Shown here in pieces: positions 19,468-29,917 of a stretch of DNA of 64,000 nucleotides. The translations under genes and the position numbers were made by a program. Source of the DNA: an uncultured archaeon (GTDB lineage Archaea > Aenigmatarchaeota > Aenigmatarchaeia > QMZP01 > QMZT01); assembly GCA_964613955.1 (NCBI GenBank), contig CAZTJN010000001.1, positions 97,656 to 161,655 on the forward strand. Reading direction: 5' to 3'. A model generated the notes under the pieces. It was given only the letters and a program-made list of their open reading frames with translations. It was not told where the DNA came from and did not search any database. How positions within the stretch are numbered: the first letter of the stretch is position 1; each line of letters begins with the position of its first letter.

Positions 19468-19524
19468 AATAAAGAGTTGTCGGCGCTGAATAAAAATAAA
19501 TAGCTTAGATTTTCAATCTATATC

Positions 19525-20571
19525 ATGCTCTCCCTGATAAAACCGGTTCTAAGGACAAAGATAAACAGGAGACTCGGAAGGTTCAACTTTCCCTATAAAT
19601 TAAACCTTCACGTAACCTATGCCTGCAACCAGAGATGCAAAACCTGCTTCATATGGGAGAGGTACAGAAAAAAACCCGAACTTATAAGAAGGGAACTGAA
19701 TATAAATCAATGGAAAAGGTTTTTTGAGAAACTTGGCGAAAATCTTTACTGGATTTCCATTTCAGGGGGCGAACCTTTCATCAGGGGGGATTTGCCCGAA
19801 ATAATTTCTTCCATAAATACCAAAAATTTATGCATACTGAGTGTCAACACCAACGGGCAATTGACAGAAAAGATATACAATATAGTAAGAGAATTGCTTG
19901 ACACAGTTCCGGAAAATGTCAAGGTTTTCCTCGCTGTGAGCCTTCTCGGAAAGGAGGATACCCACAACTTCATTTCAGGAAAAAAAGACGCCTTCAAAAC
20001 ATCAGAAAAGACATACAAAAAACTTAAATCTTTACAATCCAGACACAAAAACTTTTACCTTGAAAGGGAGCTCGTTGTAAACAAAAACAACCTTGATGAA
20101 ATATATGAGGTAGTCGAAAAACTCAACAAAGAGAAAATTCCGTTCACCATTACATTCTCCCAAGAATCTGAATATTACGACAACGTAGGAAAAAATGTCG
20201 GTCTGACCCCCGAGGAAAGAAAAAGGACCGCTAAAATCCTCAAGAACCTGAGAATTCCCCTGTACCAAAAAGCGGATTTTATCAAACACATTTTCAAAAA
20301 AAATGCAATCAGATTTTTTGAAAGAGGTGAAATTCCTAAATGCTATTCTTCATGGTGCTCTGTCAGGATAGATCCCTATGGAAATGTCTACCCTTGCATC
20401 ATGAGAAACGATAAAATAGGCAACCTTACGGAAAATGACATGGACCTAGAGAAAACGCTCCTAAAAGGCGATATACTTAGGATACAAAAACTTATAAAGG
20501 CAGGTAAATGCAACTGCTGGACGCCGTGCGAGGCCTACCACAACATTGTACAAAACTTCCCGTTTCTATAG
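19525..20571 (+). CDS. Radical SAM enzyme with twitch/SPASM domain
   Basis: CNQRCKTC, SGGEP, NTNG, C..IDPYGNVYPC..CNCWTPCE. Confidence 0.92.
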   Translation: MLSLIKPVLRTKINRRLGRFNFPYKLNLHVTYACNQRCKTCFIWERYRKKPELIRRELNINQWKRFFEKLGENLYWISISGGEPFIRGDLPEIISSINTKNLCILSVNTNGQLTEKIYNIVRELLDTVPENVKVFLAVSLLGKEDTHNFISGKKDAFKTSEKTYKKLKSLQSRHKNFYLERELVVNKNNLDEIYEVVEKLNKEKIPFTITFSQESEYYDNVGKNVGLTPEERKRTAKILKNLRIPLYQKADFIKHIFKKNAIRFFERGEIPKCYSSWCSVRIDPYGNVYPCIMRNDKIGNLTENDMDLEKTLLKGDILRIQKLIKAGKCNCWTPCEAYHNIVQNFPFL

Positions 20572-20574
20572 CAT

Positions 20575-21906
20575 TCAAATCCTCAAAACAGTTTTCAGGA
20601 GGGTGAAGAACATTTCATAGTCACCCTTCCGGAAAAGGGTTTGCGTGTTTAAAACATAATTTAGGTAGTAGTATGCAAACTTCAAGTCGATATCAGGGAT
20701 CCTTGAAAAATTATGGTTTTTTGAAAAATTAAATTCTATCCATCCCTCTGTTGAACCGGGCAGGTGGAAGCCATTCCTTAGTACGAAATTGTACAAAGCG
20801 GTTCCGGGATATGGCTGATAAAATCCAGCGTAAAGCACACTTTTCAGTCTCTTTGCCAGTTTAAGTGTTTTGGAAAGGTCCCCCCTTGTTTCCGTCGGGA
20901 TGTCAATCATGAAGGAGGCAACAGACCTCAGGCCTATCTTGTTGCAGAAATCAAAAATATCAACAATTTGTTCAGTGTTCGTTCTTTTGTTTAGGAAGTC
21001 TAGCATCCTCTGCGAGCCTGATTCCACTCCGAAAAATATGTATTCGCAACCGTTTTCTTTGAAGGTTTTGAGCATTTTCTTATTCGCATCGGTAACCCTC
21101 AGTTGACACCCCCATCTCACGTCATGTGTTTTGAAAAGGTGTGACAGCTTTATTGCCCTCCTCATATCAGTCCCGACAAAGTTATCTTCATAATCAACTT
21201 TCAAGGCCTCGATTTTTGGGTAAGAAGATAGGAGATTCTCCAGATTTTCTCTCACCCTTCCCAAAGAATATGCCCTCCAACCTTCGCGGTAAAAAACCTT
21301 ATTGTAGCAGAAGTTACAGTTGTACGGACATCCGCGGGAAGTCGGCAAGGCCATTGTCTTCAAACCACCAATCCACCTGAAAGCATAATCATTGATATTA
21401 ATAATGTCCCAAGGTATGGGAGGCAGAGAATCCAGTTTTTTAATTGGGCTTTCTGAAATGTTGGATATTATTTTCCCGTTTTTCTTGAAAATAACCCCCT
21501 TTACCTTCTTGGGATTTTTCAGATTCTTTAGCAGGTCATTAAAGGCAATGTCCCCTTCCCCGACAACAACAAAATCTACATAATCCTCCTTTATTACCTG
21601 ATAAGGGAGGAGGGAGGGGTGAACACCACCCCAAACCACTTTCGCTTGTGTATTTTCCTTTGAGAATTTCGAAATCTCAACACAGGATTTTAACGATTTT
21701 CCGGTCCAGCTGGTAAGTCCCATTACATCAGGGTCGGTTTTTTTTATTATTTTTTTTGCTGTTTCTACCGATATTTTATTGCAATCCAAGATCTCAACAT
21801 CGTTGCCTTCTTTGTACGGCAGCGCCGCTATCTGCATGAGCCCCAGAGGTATAGATGGGACTTTACCGGGAAATTTTGTTTCCGGGTTTACGAGCAATAT
21901 TTTCAT
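20575..21906 (-). CDS. B12-binding-domain radical SAM enzyme
   Basis: PLGL, WGGVHPS, GEGD, RGCPYNCNFC, GVESGS, PYPGT. Confidence 0.93.
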   Translation of the reverse strand: MKILLVNPETKFPGKVPSIPLGLMQIAALPYKEGNDVEILDCNKISVETAKKIIKKTDPDVMGLTSWTGKSLKSCVEISKFSKENTQAKVVWGGVHPSLLPYQVIKEDYVDFVVVGEGDIAFNDLLKNLKNPKKVKGVIFKKNGKIISNISESPIKKLDSLPPIPWDIININDYAFRWIGGLKTMALPTSRGCPYNCNFCYNKVFYREGWRAYSLGRVRENLENLLSSYPKIEALKVDYEDNFVGTDMRRAIKLSHLFKTHDVRWGCQLRVTDANKKMLKTFKENGCEYIFFGVESGSQRMLDFLNKRTNTEQIVDIFDFCNKIGLRSVASFMIDIPTETRGDLSKTLKLAKRLKSVLYAGFYQPYPGTALYNFVLRNGFHLPGSTEGWIEFNFSKNHNFSRIPDIDLKFAYYYLNYVLNTQTLFRKGDYEMFFTLLKTVLRI

Positions 21907-22966
21907 TTTTCCTCCTGAGTACGGAGTCGAAAACTATGTTTAATTCTTCCTGGCAGTTCCATACACATTCTTTGCAGTTCAGTAAGTTCAAACGTAAAGT
22001 TTCATATAACTCTGAATACCAGAAATCCTTGATATTGAGGTTGTGGATATTTCCTATTTTCTTCCCAAGTTCAAACATACCAAAGCAGGGATAAATATCC
22101 CCATTCGAATCTATTACCACTGTTAAAAATCCAGCCCCGCATGCCCTTGACCTTTCTCCTTTGAGAATAAATTTTTTAATTGTTTCCAGGTATTTTTCAG
22201 TGTTGTCTATAATTCCCTTCTCCCTCTCTATGTTTACTATCTTGTTCACTATTTCCTCGAGTTTGTTTTTTTGACATTCAGAGAAAGAGAGGGACTTCTT
22301 CATGTTAAAATTGTGCACCGGTATGAAACCTATATTTTTAATCCCGAGATTACTCAAGAAGTTCACGGTTTCTAGCAGCCTATCCAAGGTTTGGGGGGAT
22401 AATAAAATATTCACGGTTATCCTTGTTTTGTTGTTGGAAACATTTAACAAATTTTTGATTCCTAGAACCGCTTTGTCGTGCGCACCTTTTATTCCCCTCA
22501 ACCTATCGAAAATTTCAGGATCATCAGAATCCAGCGAAACCGATATTGTATCAACACCAATTTCAGTTATTTTTTTTGCCACAGAATTTGTTATTAATGT
22601 TCCGTTGGTGGATATATCCAAAAACATACCTTTGCCTTTTACGTAATTCATAATTTCGAACACGTCCTCCCTCATGAGCGGCTCTCCTCCTGATATGGAT
22701 ATAGTTGTAACACCAAGTTTTTCGAGATCATTAACCAACCTGAATATTTCTTCTTTTGACATTTCGTTGTTTTTGTATTTCCATAAATTGCACATTTCGC
22801 ACCTCAGATTGCATCTTCTGGTGAGAATCAAGATCGCAAGCAAAGGCGGATGTTTTATTTTCCAGTCCCTGAGAGAAAAATAGGTGCGTATAAAATTAAG
22901 GGATTGTTTAAATCCCTTTGTGCTTAAAAAATTTTTCCGTGCATAAGCTTTGTATTTTTCCCTCAT
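21863..22966 (-). CDS. Radical SAM enzyme with twitch/SPASM domain
   Basis: CNLRCEMC, SGGEPLMRED, STNG, CGAG..GDIYPC..CKECVWNC. Confidence 0.92.
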   Translation of the reverse strand: MREKYKAYARKNFLSTKGFKQSLNFIRTYFSLRDWKIKHPPLLAILILTRRCNLRCEMCNLWKYKNNEMSKEEIFRLVNDLEKLGVTTISISGGEPLMREDVFEIMNYVKGKGMFLDISTNGTLITNSVAKKITEIGVDTISVSLDSDDPEIFDRLRGIKGAHDKAVLGIKNLLNVSNNKTRITVNILLSPQTLDRLLETVNFLSNLGIKNIGFIPVHNFNMKKSLSFSECQKNKLEEIVNKIVNIEREKGIIDNTEKYLETIKKFILKGERSRACGAGFLTVVIDSNGDIYPCFGMFELGKKIGNIHNLNIKDFWYSELYETLRLNLLNCKECVWNCQEELNIVFDSVLRRKNENIARKPGNKISR

Positions 22967-23079
22967 TCAAAGACCTTTTAAAATAGTGGAAGTGAATTTT
23001 AAATAAAGAACTCCACCAGTCTTTGAATGGTGGATGATAGAAATCATATTCAAGGGCGTGACCTAGAAATCATACACCA

Positions 23080-23253
23080 TCATGCTACCGGAGAATGTAA
23101 AAAGACGCATGCTTGACATGCGTCACCCCATAATCTGACCGGTGCTTGTTGGCAAAACTGGTGCTTTATTTTCCGAACATTTCCAGAGATAAAAGCATCG
23201 CCTTTTCCAAATGATATCTTCAGTGGGTTTTCGATATTTTCCGATTTGCCCAT
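23080..23253 (-). CDS. Possible 57-aa small ORF (peptide or gene remnant)
   Basis: MGKSENIENPLKISFGKGDAFISGNVRKIKHQFCQQAPVRLWGDACQACVFLHSPVA; TATA-like TTTATA upstream; below ORF-track cutoff. Confidence 0.3.
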   Translation of the reverse strand: MGKSENIENPLKISFGKGDAFISGNVRKIKHQFCQQAPVRLWGDACQACVFLHSPVA

Positions 23254-23281
23254 CTTGTAAATTTATTCTATAAATTTTATT

Positions 23282-24844
23282 TTAATCCACGATTTTGTAG
23301 AGACGGGTACACCCTTTCTCTTCAACAAGTGCGAGCGTATGATTCTTTTTCAGCTGATCGAAAATCAGTCTCCCGTATCCGAAAAACGTGGTATCGCACA
23401 TAGTATGGTTTACGTACAGGTAGTATTTCCCTCCCTTGTTTCTGCATCCTGAAAAAGAGGAAGTTAGATGTTTATCAGGCAACAATATTTTCATAACCAT
23501 TTCTGGGGAAGACATGCAATAATTTGACTGGGAGCTCTCGAAAAGCAAACAATCGTTATCCTTCACATAACTTCCGAAATGGATTATATTATCAATAAGA
23601 CAGTCGTCTTTTTCGAAGACGAAAACGTTCGTGCTTGAATGAAACAGTAATAATATTAAAATCAATACCACGAAAACGCCTGTAGTTCTAACCATATGCG
23701 GTATCCTGAAGGGAAATCTATTCTCCACAGTTCGCTCAACCAAATCCTTTGCTTTGAAAATACCGTAGCCCATCAGGATCGCCAGTGCTGGCTGCAGTGT
23801 TAGCTGATATAACTGCGGGTTGGTGTAAAGTGTTGCCCAGTACAGACCGTAAAAAAGAAAAAAGAATGCCACCCACGAAAACAGGAATATGAGACTGCGT
23901 TCTTTTGATACAAAAAGAAGAGAAAACAAAAGAAAGGCATAGAGAATGGTGGGATAAACATAGGGTTTTGCCAAATTTGAAGAAAGATGATATTGAACGT
24001 TTGGTATTAAGTACCCCAAGGAAAATGTTACAGGCCGTTCCTCATAATGAGGGTCTCTTGCCGGACCATAGATATTATCACCTATAATGTAATAGTAGCT
24101 GACAGGTATCATGAAAATCAAGAATATAAGCAAAGGGATTTTCAATTTTTTAATCTGGAATTTCTTCCTGTTTAAAATGAAATCCATAATGAACAAAGGT
24201 ATGAATATGGAATTGTCTGTTCTTACGTGGAGAGAAAACACGAGGAGCAGTAGGAAGAGAAGGTAAAGACCCCTCTTTCCTGCCTTAATCGAAATGAAAT
24301 ACATGAGAAATGTTAGCATGATAAAAAAGACGGACGTTACCTCGCTTGCATTGAGTTTTGCAAGGATAACAGACATGGGAAAAAGAGAGTATATCAAGGA
24401 GGAAAACAAAGCCACATAGTCCCTCTTGAAAAGAATATATGCGAGAAGAAAAATCATCAAAATAGTTAGCGAGCTCAGGAGCAGGTTAAGATAGAGAATG
24501 ACATTGTAGTTTGAACCAAACAAAAAGAAACCCGCTGCCATCAGTAAAGAATACCCTTTGGGGTGCCAGAAATCCTCCACAATCTGGTTTTCCAGCATAT
24601 TTACAGATGTTTTCACATAACTCCAGCAAAGCCCGTTGGGCGAGCTACATCCTGGGGAAGTGAATCTCAAATACGAACCCAAAAGAAAAATTAAAATGAA
24701 TGCCACCCAGACATGTATTTTTATTTTTCTGAAAAAAGAGGCAATATTTCTTATGTTGGCCAAAATCAATACACAAATCAAAACAAAGTTAATAAGTAAT
24801 ATGTAAAGTAAACTGCCGGAAAGGAAAGACTGAAAATCAAACAT
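23282..24844 (-). CDS. GT-C (ArnT/PMT-like) multi-TM glycosyltransferase, subfamily A
   Basis: Many TM helices, LRF, HPKGYSLL, SEV, HVRTDN, extracellular C-terminal domain ending LYKI. Confidence 0.82.
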   Translation of the reverse strand: MFDFQSFLSGSLLYILLINFVLICVLILANIRNIASFFRKIKIHVWVAFILIFLLGSYLRFTSPGCSSPNGLCWSYVKTSVNMLENQIVEDFWHPKGYSLLMAAGFFLFGSNYNVILYLNLLLSSLTILMIFLLAYILFKRDYVALFSSLIYSLFPMSVILAKLNASEVTSVFFIMLTFLMYFISIKAGKRGLYLLFLLLLVFSLHVRTDNSIFIPLFIMDFILNRKKFQIKKLKIPLLIFLIFMIPVSYYYIIGDNIYGPARDPHYEERPVTFSLGYLIPNVQYHLSSNLAKPYVYPTILYAFLLFSLLFVSKERSLIFLFSWVAFFFLFYGLYWATLYTNPQLYQLTLQPALAILMGYGIFKAKDLVERTVENRFPFRIPHMVRTTGVFVVLILILLLFHSSTNVFVFEKDDCLIDNIIHFGSYVKDNDCLLFESSQSNYCMSSPEMVMKILLPDKHLTSSFSGCRNKGGKYYLYVNHTMCDTTFFGYGRLIFDQLKKNHTLALVEEKGCTRLYKIVD

Positions 24845-24884
24845 CCAGACACCACTATTGTTTTAGCGTCTCAGAAATTAAAAG

Positions 24885-25313
24885 TTAATAGTCTATCCCT
24901 ATCTTATCGCTGACCTGGTTCATTTTGCTCTTATAGCATTCTCCCGAACAGCACCATTCAATCGAAAACACACGAATATCGACATCCCCTTCACAGGGAA
25001 TCAGTTTCAACACGCCTGTTTTCCCGCTTTTTAACGGTTCAGTCACACTGAAATCTGCCGGCAAAGTTATGTTGGTTTCGACCCCGAACGGGACAACTAT
25101 TTTTATACTCGTTATATCCTTCCGGTTCGGGTTATAGAAAGGGACTGACAAGTAACCATCGATACACTTTCCTTGACCATATTCTATTGAACAGGAGGGA
25201 TTATAAGAACTGAAATAATCTTCCCAGTATAATCTCACTAGTGACACCAAAAATACTGCTACCAATATGATAAAAAAAAGTTTTCTTAATTTGTTGTATT
25301 TCATCTCTTTCAT
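24885..25313 (-). CDS. Small anchored exported hypothetical protein
   Basis: N-terminal TM, beta-rich with Cys pairs. Confidence 0.65.
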   Translation of the reverse strand: MKEMKYNKLRKLFFIILVAVFLVSLVRLYWEDYFSSYNPSCSIEYGQGKCIDGYLSVPFYNPNRKDITSIKIVVPFGVETNITLPADFSVTEPLKSGKTGVLKLIPCEGDVDIRVFSIEWCCSGECYKSKMNQVSDKIGIDY

Positions 25314-25332
25314 ATTTTACTCTCCATATGTT

Positions 25333-26022
25333 TTATAATTTCGCAGAATTGATTTTATATAATCTGAATTTGAACGAATTACTTTCGATAACGTTTGGTT
25401 TAAATTCCGAATATTTTTCAGGCAGATTTATTTCAAATTCTCTGAAAGTTTCGAGCTCGAACTTCTCGTGCATTTCTTCACACAGATATAAGAAAAGAGA
25501 CTCAATAACGCGAAAAATACAGATGTTGTGTTAGATTCAATACTATTTGAAAGTAATATGTGCAGACGAAACAGAGCAAGCAAAAGAGCAGAGTAAAGAC
25601 CTGTCTCCTCTTTTTCAAAAAGAAGGCAGGCAACAAGGAAGATTATGATAACAGAAACAGCACCAAAAAACATTCACAGAGTAAAACACACCAATACTTG
25701 ACCCGAAAATCAAAAAGATAACCGAGAGCAGGAATGGATAAGAAATAGATTTCTCAATGGCCAAGTGGATATCACCCTGCAGCATACCTCTTGCAGCTTT
25801 CCCGCAGCCGTACTAATCATGAACCGTGAAGAAAATGTTTGGGAACATCTCCATGAGAAGAAGGGACAGGGCAACGATTACGATAAGTATAACCCATGTA
25901 GATTTTCTTATTTTTGACAGCTGTTTTCCTATATCTTTAATGTTAAAAATAAACAAAACAATTAGTAATGAAAAACAAACCGATAGCAATAAGACGTAAA
26001 AATGCGAAAGCTACTCAAACAT
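25333..26022 (-). pseudogene. GT-C pseudogene (closest in-window relative 56857-58539)
   Basis: ATG 26022; TAG at 26011-13 and 25813-15; frameshift in T-run near 25670; internal deletion joins TM region to C-terminal CEEMHEKFEL..LYKI, stop 25333. Confidence 0.85.
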
Positions 26023-26063
26023 CCAATAAGTTTTTGGATTTGAATTTTAAAAAATGTTACCCT

Positions 26064-27413
26064 TTAGGATGTAATGAATCTCAGGGCATGGAATCCTCTT
26101 TTAATATCTCCAAACGATCTAATTTTTTTGAACTGATCTAAAATGTAACTACCCCTTAAATAATATCTTTTGTATACCTCTCTCTGAATTTTTATCAACT
26201 CATCTTGCGTAAACATGCAAATTTCTTTTGGTCCTTTTCTATACATTTCAGATCCCGGGTATATAATTATTGGATTAAACTGTACGTAGTCCGGTTTTAG
26301 CATTTTCATTAGCCTGAAACTTTTTTCTACAGAGTCCTTCGTTTCTCCCGGGGACCCTATAATTACGTATGATAAAATTCTTATACCTGCCTTTTTGGTT
26401 AACTCAAAAGCCTTTTTAGTTTCTTCAAGTTTCACCTGCTTTTTCATTTTGTCCAGTATCTTCTGGTCCCCGCTTTCGACACCATACGCTATTACTGAAC
26501 ATCCAGCAGTCTTCATTTTCTCCAGCAAAATTTTATCAACCATATCAACCCTTGTTGCACATATCCACTTGATGTCCATTTTTTCCCTTGTTATGAGATC
26601 ACATATCTTCATCGTTCTTTTCCGGTTCAATGTGAAGTTGTCATCATAAAAGACAATGTTCTTGGTTTTTTGCATATCCACAACTTCCCTCAACTCCTCG
26701 AAAACATTTTCAACGCTTCTTTCCCTGTAGGGGCCGTAGACCCTTCTGGAACAATACACACAATTGTATGGGCACCCTCTCGTGGTGAGAAACGTTGTCA
26801 TGGGTCTGTCTATCAGAATGTGACCGTAAATTTTTGTTTCCAAGAGTTCTCTGGACGGGAAACTTATAGAATCGAGGTTGTTTGTATAGCATGGCTTGTT
26901 TATGTGTGTCTTCTTGTTAAATTTTAAACACAAACCCATCGTGTTTTTCAGATTTCTTTCATTTCCAAAACTTTCAACCAAATTCCTGAAAACAATTTCC
27001 TGGTCCCCTCTTATGATAAAGTCCACATATCTGAGGGCGCGCTCTGGAAATGTGCTTGCAAACGGACCGCCAGCAGCCGTAACAGCATTCAGACCTATCG
27101 ATTTCATTTTTGCTGAAAATAGCCTTATCCAGTTTTCCAAGTCACCCATCACAAAATCGCAGTAGTTGTTTGGTATAATTCCGATAATATCAGGCTTGCT
27201 TTCATATATTTTTTTCAGACATTCTTCGATCCCCATCTCTTTTGCATAGCAGTCCATTATTTCGACATCGGCCAGACCTTTTAGTGATGAAGCGATGTAG
27301 GCCAAATTCAGGGGAGGTGTCACGAACAATGTCTTGTAACCATCCAGCCTGCCGAATCCGGGGTTTACCAAACAGACTTTAATTCTATCACCTTGTATAT
27401 CAAAACCGAACAT
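26064..27413 (-). CDS. B12-binding-domain radical SAM enzyme
   Basis: PPLNLAYIAS, GGPFAS, RGCPYNCVYC, DDNF, GVESG, YPGS. Confidence 0.93.
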   Translation of the reverse strand: MFGFDIQGDRIKVCLVNPGFGRLDGYKTLFVTPPLNLAYIASSLKGLADVEIMDCYAKEMGIEECLKKIYESKPDIIGIIPNNYCDFVMGDLENWIRLFSAKMKSIGLNAVTAAGGPFASTFPERALRYVDFIIRGDQEIVFRNLVESFGNERNLKNTMGLCLKFNKKTHINKPCYTNNLDSISFPSRELLETKIYGHILIDRPMTTFLTTRGCPYNCVYCSRRVYGPYRERSVENVFEELREVVDMQKTKNIVFYDDNFTLNRKRTMKICDLITREKMDIKWICATRVDMVDKILLEKMKTAGCSVIAYGVESGDQKILDKMKKQVKLEETKKAFELTKKAGIRILSYVIIGSPGETKDSVEKSFRLMKMLKPDYVQFNPIIIYPGSEMYRKGPKEICMFTQDELIKIQREVYKRYYLRGSYILDQFKKIRSFGDIKRGFHALRFITS

Positions 27414-27488
27414 AGAAATTTATGAGAATTAAACTTAAAAACCGAAATTGAAGAATGCTATTTATAAAATATTTGGAAAATTATAAAC

Positions 27489-28187
27489 ATGATAACCCCG
27501 CAGATTTCTTTTGTTCTCCCCGTGTTTAATGAGGAAATGAACATCACGGGTGCTGTTGAGGATATTGTATCAGCGTCAGCTTCCTTGGGTCTGGGAAGAT
27601 ATGAAATAATCATTGTCAATGACGGCAGCACGGACAGCACAAAAAGGATTTTGAATTCTTTGCGCAAAAAAATAAAGATGCTGAGAATCATAAATTTTGA
27701 AAAAAACAGGGGCTATGCAGACGCCCTGAAAGAGGGATTCAAAGCTGCTAAGTACCTGCTTGTCTTTTACACTGATGCAGACAGGCAGTGCGACATAAAG
27801 GAACTGGGCTCCCTTCTCGACGCTATGGAGAAATACAAATGCGATTGCATTTTCGGTTACAGAAAAGAAAGGAAAGATTCATTATACAGAATTCTGGCTA
27901 CATGGGTGTTCAACGTACTTGCAAGAAAAATGTTCGATCTAGATTTAAGGGACATAAATTGTCCGTTCAAACTTTTCAAAAAAAGAGTGCTCGATAATAT
28001 TCAAATAAAATCAAAGGGGTTTTTGGTAGATCTGGAATTGGCCACGAAGGTAAAGCACTGCGGATTCATTATAAAACAAGTTCCGGTGACACACCGCAAG
28101 AGATATTCCGGGAAATCAAAGGTCAAGTTCAGAACTATATTTAAAACATTCTTTGGTTTATTAAAATTGAGAAAATATGAAATTTAG
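27489..28187 (+). CDS. Dol-P-sugar synthase-like GT2
   Basis: SFVLPVFNEE, NDGSTD, NRGY, TDAD, DINCPFKLF. Confidence 0.92.
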   Translation: MITPQISFVLPVFNEEMNITGAVEDIVSASASLGLGRYEIIIVNDGSTDSTKRILNSLRKKIKMLRIINFEKNRGYADALKEGFKAAKYLLVFYTDADRQCDIKELGSLLDAMEKYKCDCIFGYRKERKDSLYRILATWVFNVLARKMFDLDLRDINCPFKLFKKRVLDNIQIKSKGFLVDLELATKVKHCGFIIKQVPVTHRKRYSGKSKVKFRTIFKTFFGLLKLRKYEI

Positions 28188-28197
28188 CAGGTGAACC

Positions 28198-29880
28198 ATG
28201 ATTTTTTACGAGTCTCCGATACTGAACGCTTTGGAAGGATTTCTTTCACAGTACATGATACCTGTTCTTGCGATTCATATTACACTTATAATAGCTTTTC
28301 TCTATCTGTGCAGAAATGATCTGAGGAACAATTTAAAACTGGATAAAAAGGACATTCTCTTCATGGCTATAATTTTGATACTTTTCTCCTCTTCGATTTT
28401 TTATTTGCTGGAGAATAACAAAATATGCCTGGATCCCACAGAGCAGGGATGGTATTCACTTAGGATAGCCAAGATCATGGCCAGCACGGGTAGATATCAA
28501 AGTTCTGAATTTTCTGTTGATGGCCTCGGCGAGAACCCGGAATGCGCAGTCTATGAGTTTCCTTCCAGAATGGAGGGCACACCCTTCATATTCTTCCTCG
28601 CCCTCCTGCTACTTGGCCCCAGTGTCTCCATAAACATGTGGGTTAATTTTGTATTTTCTTTGCTATTCCTGATGGTGGTTTACATTTTCATGTCATTTTT
28701 GACCAAAAAGAAAGAAGCAGGCCTGATAACATCAATAACCTTTATGATATCCAGCCTGTTTTTGACGTATACCCTTTCACATGAAAATATGATATCTTTG
28801 TTCTTTATCTCCCTTTCCTTGCTGTTCATCCTTCTGTCTTTCAAAGTGAACAAGCTACATTTTTACATGCTTGCCTTCCTGATAATGGCCTTTGCTGCAA
28901 AAATCAGACCCGAAGATACCGTTATTTTCGTCATTTTTTTCATACTGGCCTTTCTTTTCAAAAAAAAATTTTTCAAGGACAGGATTTTCTTGAAGAACAT
29001 TTCACTTTCGTTAGTATTGGCCCTTGCAATTGGAATATCTTTCGTGATGCATGTCATGTTCATACCCAGATTTTGGGGGATAGAATTCATGGGCCCGGAA
29101 TACGAAGGAGTGCATCCATTCATGACTGGAAAGTTTTTCGAAAATCTCACAGAACATTCTTATGTTTGGGCTCAATTCAACGGTTGGCCTGTAATCATGT
29201 TTCTGCTTATAGGAGCTGTCTACTGTGCCCTTAGATATAGAAAGATACTTTTACTTTTCCTCCTTTCCATGATACCGTATGCCTTGGTTTATCTTTTTTA
29301 TGCCCACGGAGGGAATAACTATACATACCATCTGAACTTTTTCCTCATACCGATAGCTGGAATGGGGATATATCTACTATTCAGAGTTATATTATTGACT
29401 ACAAAGCGTATAGCAGTAAAAAGAAATTTCATATTAGCTGTGGTATTCTCGATAGCAATCTTTTTCATACTGTTCCCATCAGCTGCCTCCAGATTTAATT
29501 CATGCAAAATAGGGACCCTTGGATTCCTAAGTGGTATAAATGAAGTTTCAGGGGAATTCGGAAAGGATGACATCATAGTCACGGGAAGAGACGATTTTGC
29601 CGGCATTCTGGATTATTCAACTGAAAGCTGTGTAATCTATACGGCATTCACAACCGATGGCGTAGTCATAAAGGAATATGAGAAAGCCCAATGGGACATA
29701 ATAGTAGATTTTATAAAGACTCACAAAAACAGGGTCTTTTATTTCATGCCAAAGGAGGACGTTACGGCTAATTATTACTACTATGAGGGCATGTTCAGAA
29801 AACTTTCGCAGATCTTCAATTTGGAGAAGGTATATGAAAATGATATTTCCATTGTGTACGAAATCAGCAATAAAATCTAA
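28198..29880 (+). CDS. GT-C multi-TM glycosyltransferase, subfamily A
   Basis: Shared leader FLSQYMIPVLAIH; KIRPED; many TMs; C-terminal soluble domain. Confidence 0.8.
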   Translation: MIFYESPILNALEGFLSQYMIPVLAIHITLIIAFLYLCRNDLRNNLKLDKKDILFMAIILILFSSSIFYLLENNKICLDPTEQGWYSLRIAKIMASTGRYQSSEFSVDGLGENPECAVYEFPSRMEGTPFIFFLALLLLGPSVSINMWVNFVFSLLFLMVVYIFMSFLTKKKEAGLITSITFMISSLFLTYTLSHENMISLFFISLSLLFILLSFKVNKLHFYMLAFLIMAFAAKIRPEDTVIFVIFFILAFLFKKKFFKDRIFLKNISLSLVLALAIGISFVMHVMFIPRFWGIEFMGPEYEGVHPFMTGKFFENLTEHSYVWAQFNGWPVIMFLLIGAVYCALRYRKILLLFLLSMIPYALVYLFYAHGGNNYTYHLNFFLIPIAGMGIYLLFRVILLTTKRIAVKRNFILAVVFSIAIFFILFPSAASRFNSCKIGTLGFLSGINEVSGEFGKDDIIVTGRDDFAGILDYSTESCVIYTAFTTDGVVIKEYEKAQWDIIVDFIKTHKNRVFYFMPKEDVTANYYYYEGMFRKLSQIFNLEKVYENDISIVYEISNKI

Positions 29881-29917
29881 TATTAAAAATTTCAAAACAT
29901 CTATTGGTTGTGGTTGA

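Noticed and set aside
25813..26013. TAG recoding (two in-frame TAGs here, plus a TAG directly before the wHTH ATG at 18189-18191)
   Set aside because: The same gene also has a frameshift and a deletion; TAG terminates intact genes at natural ends (20571, 28187, 35710)
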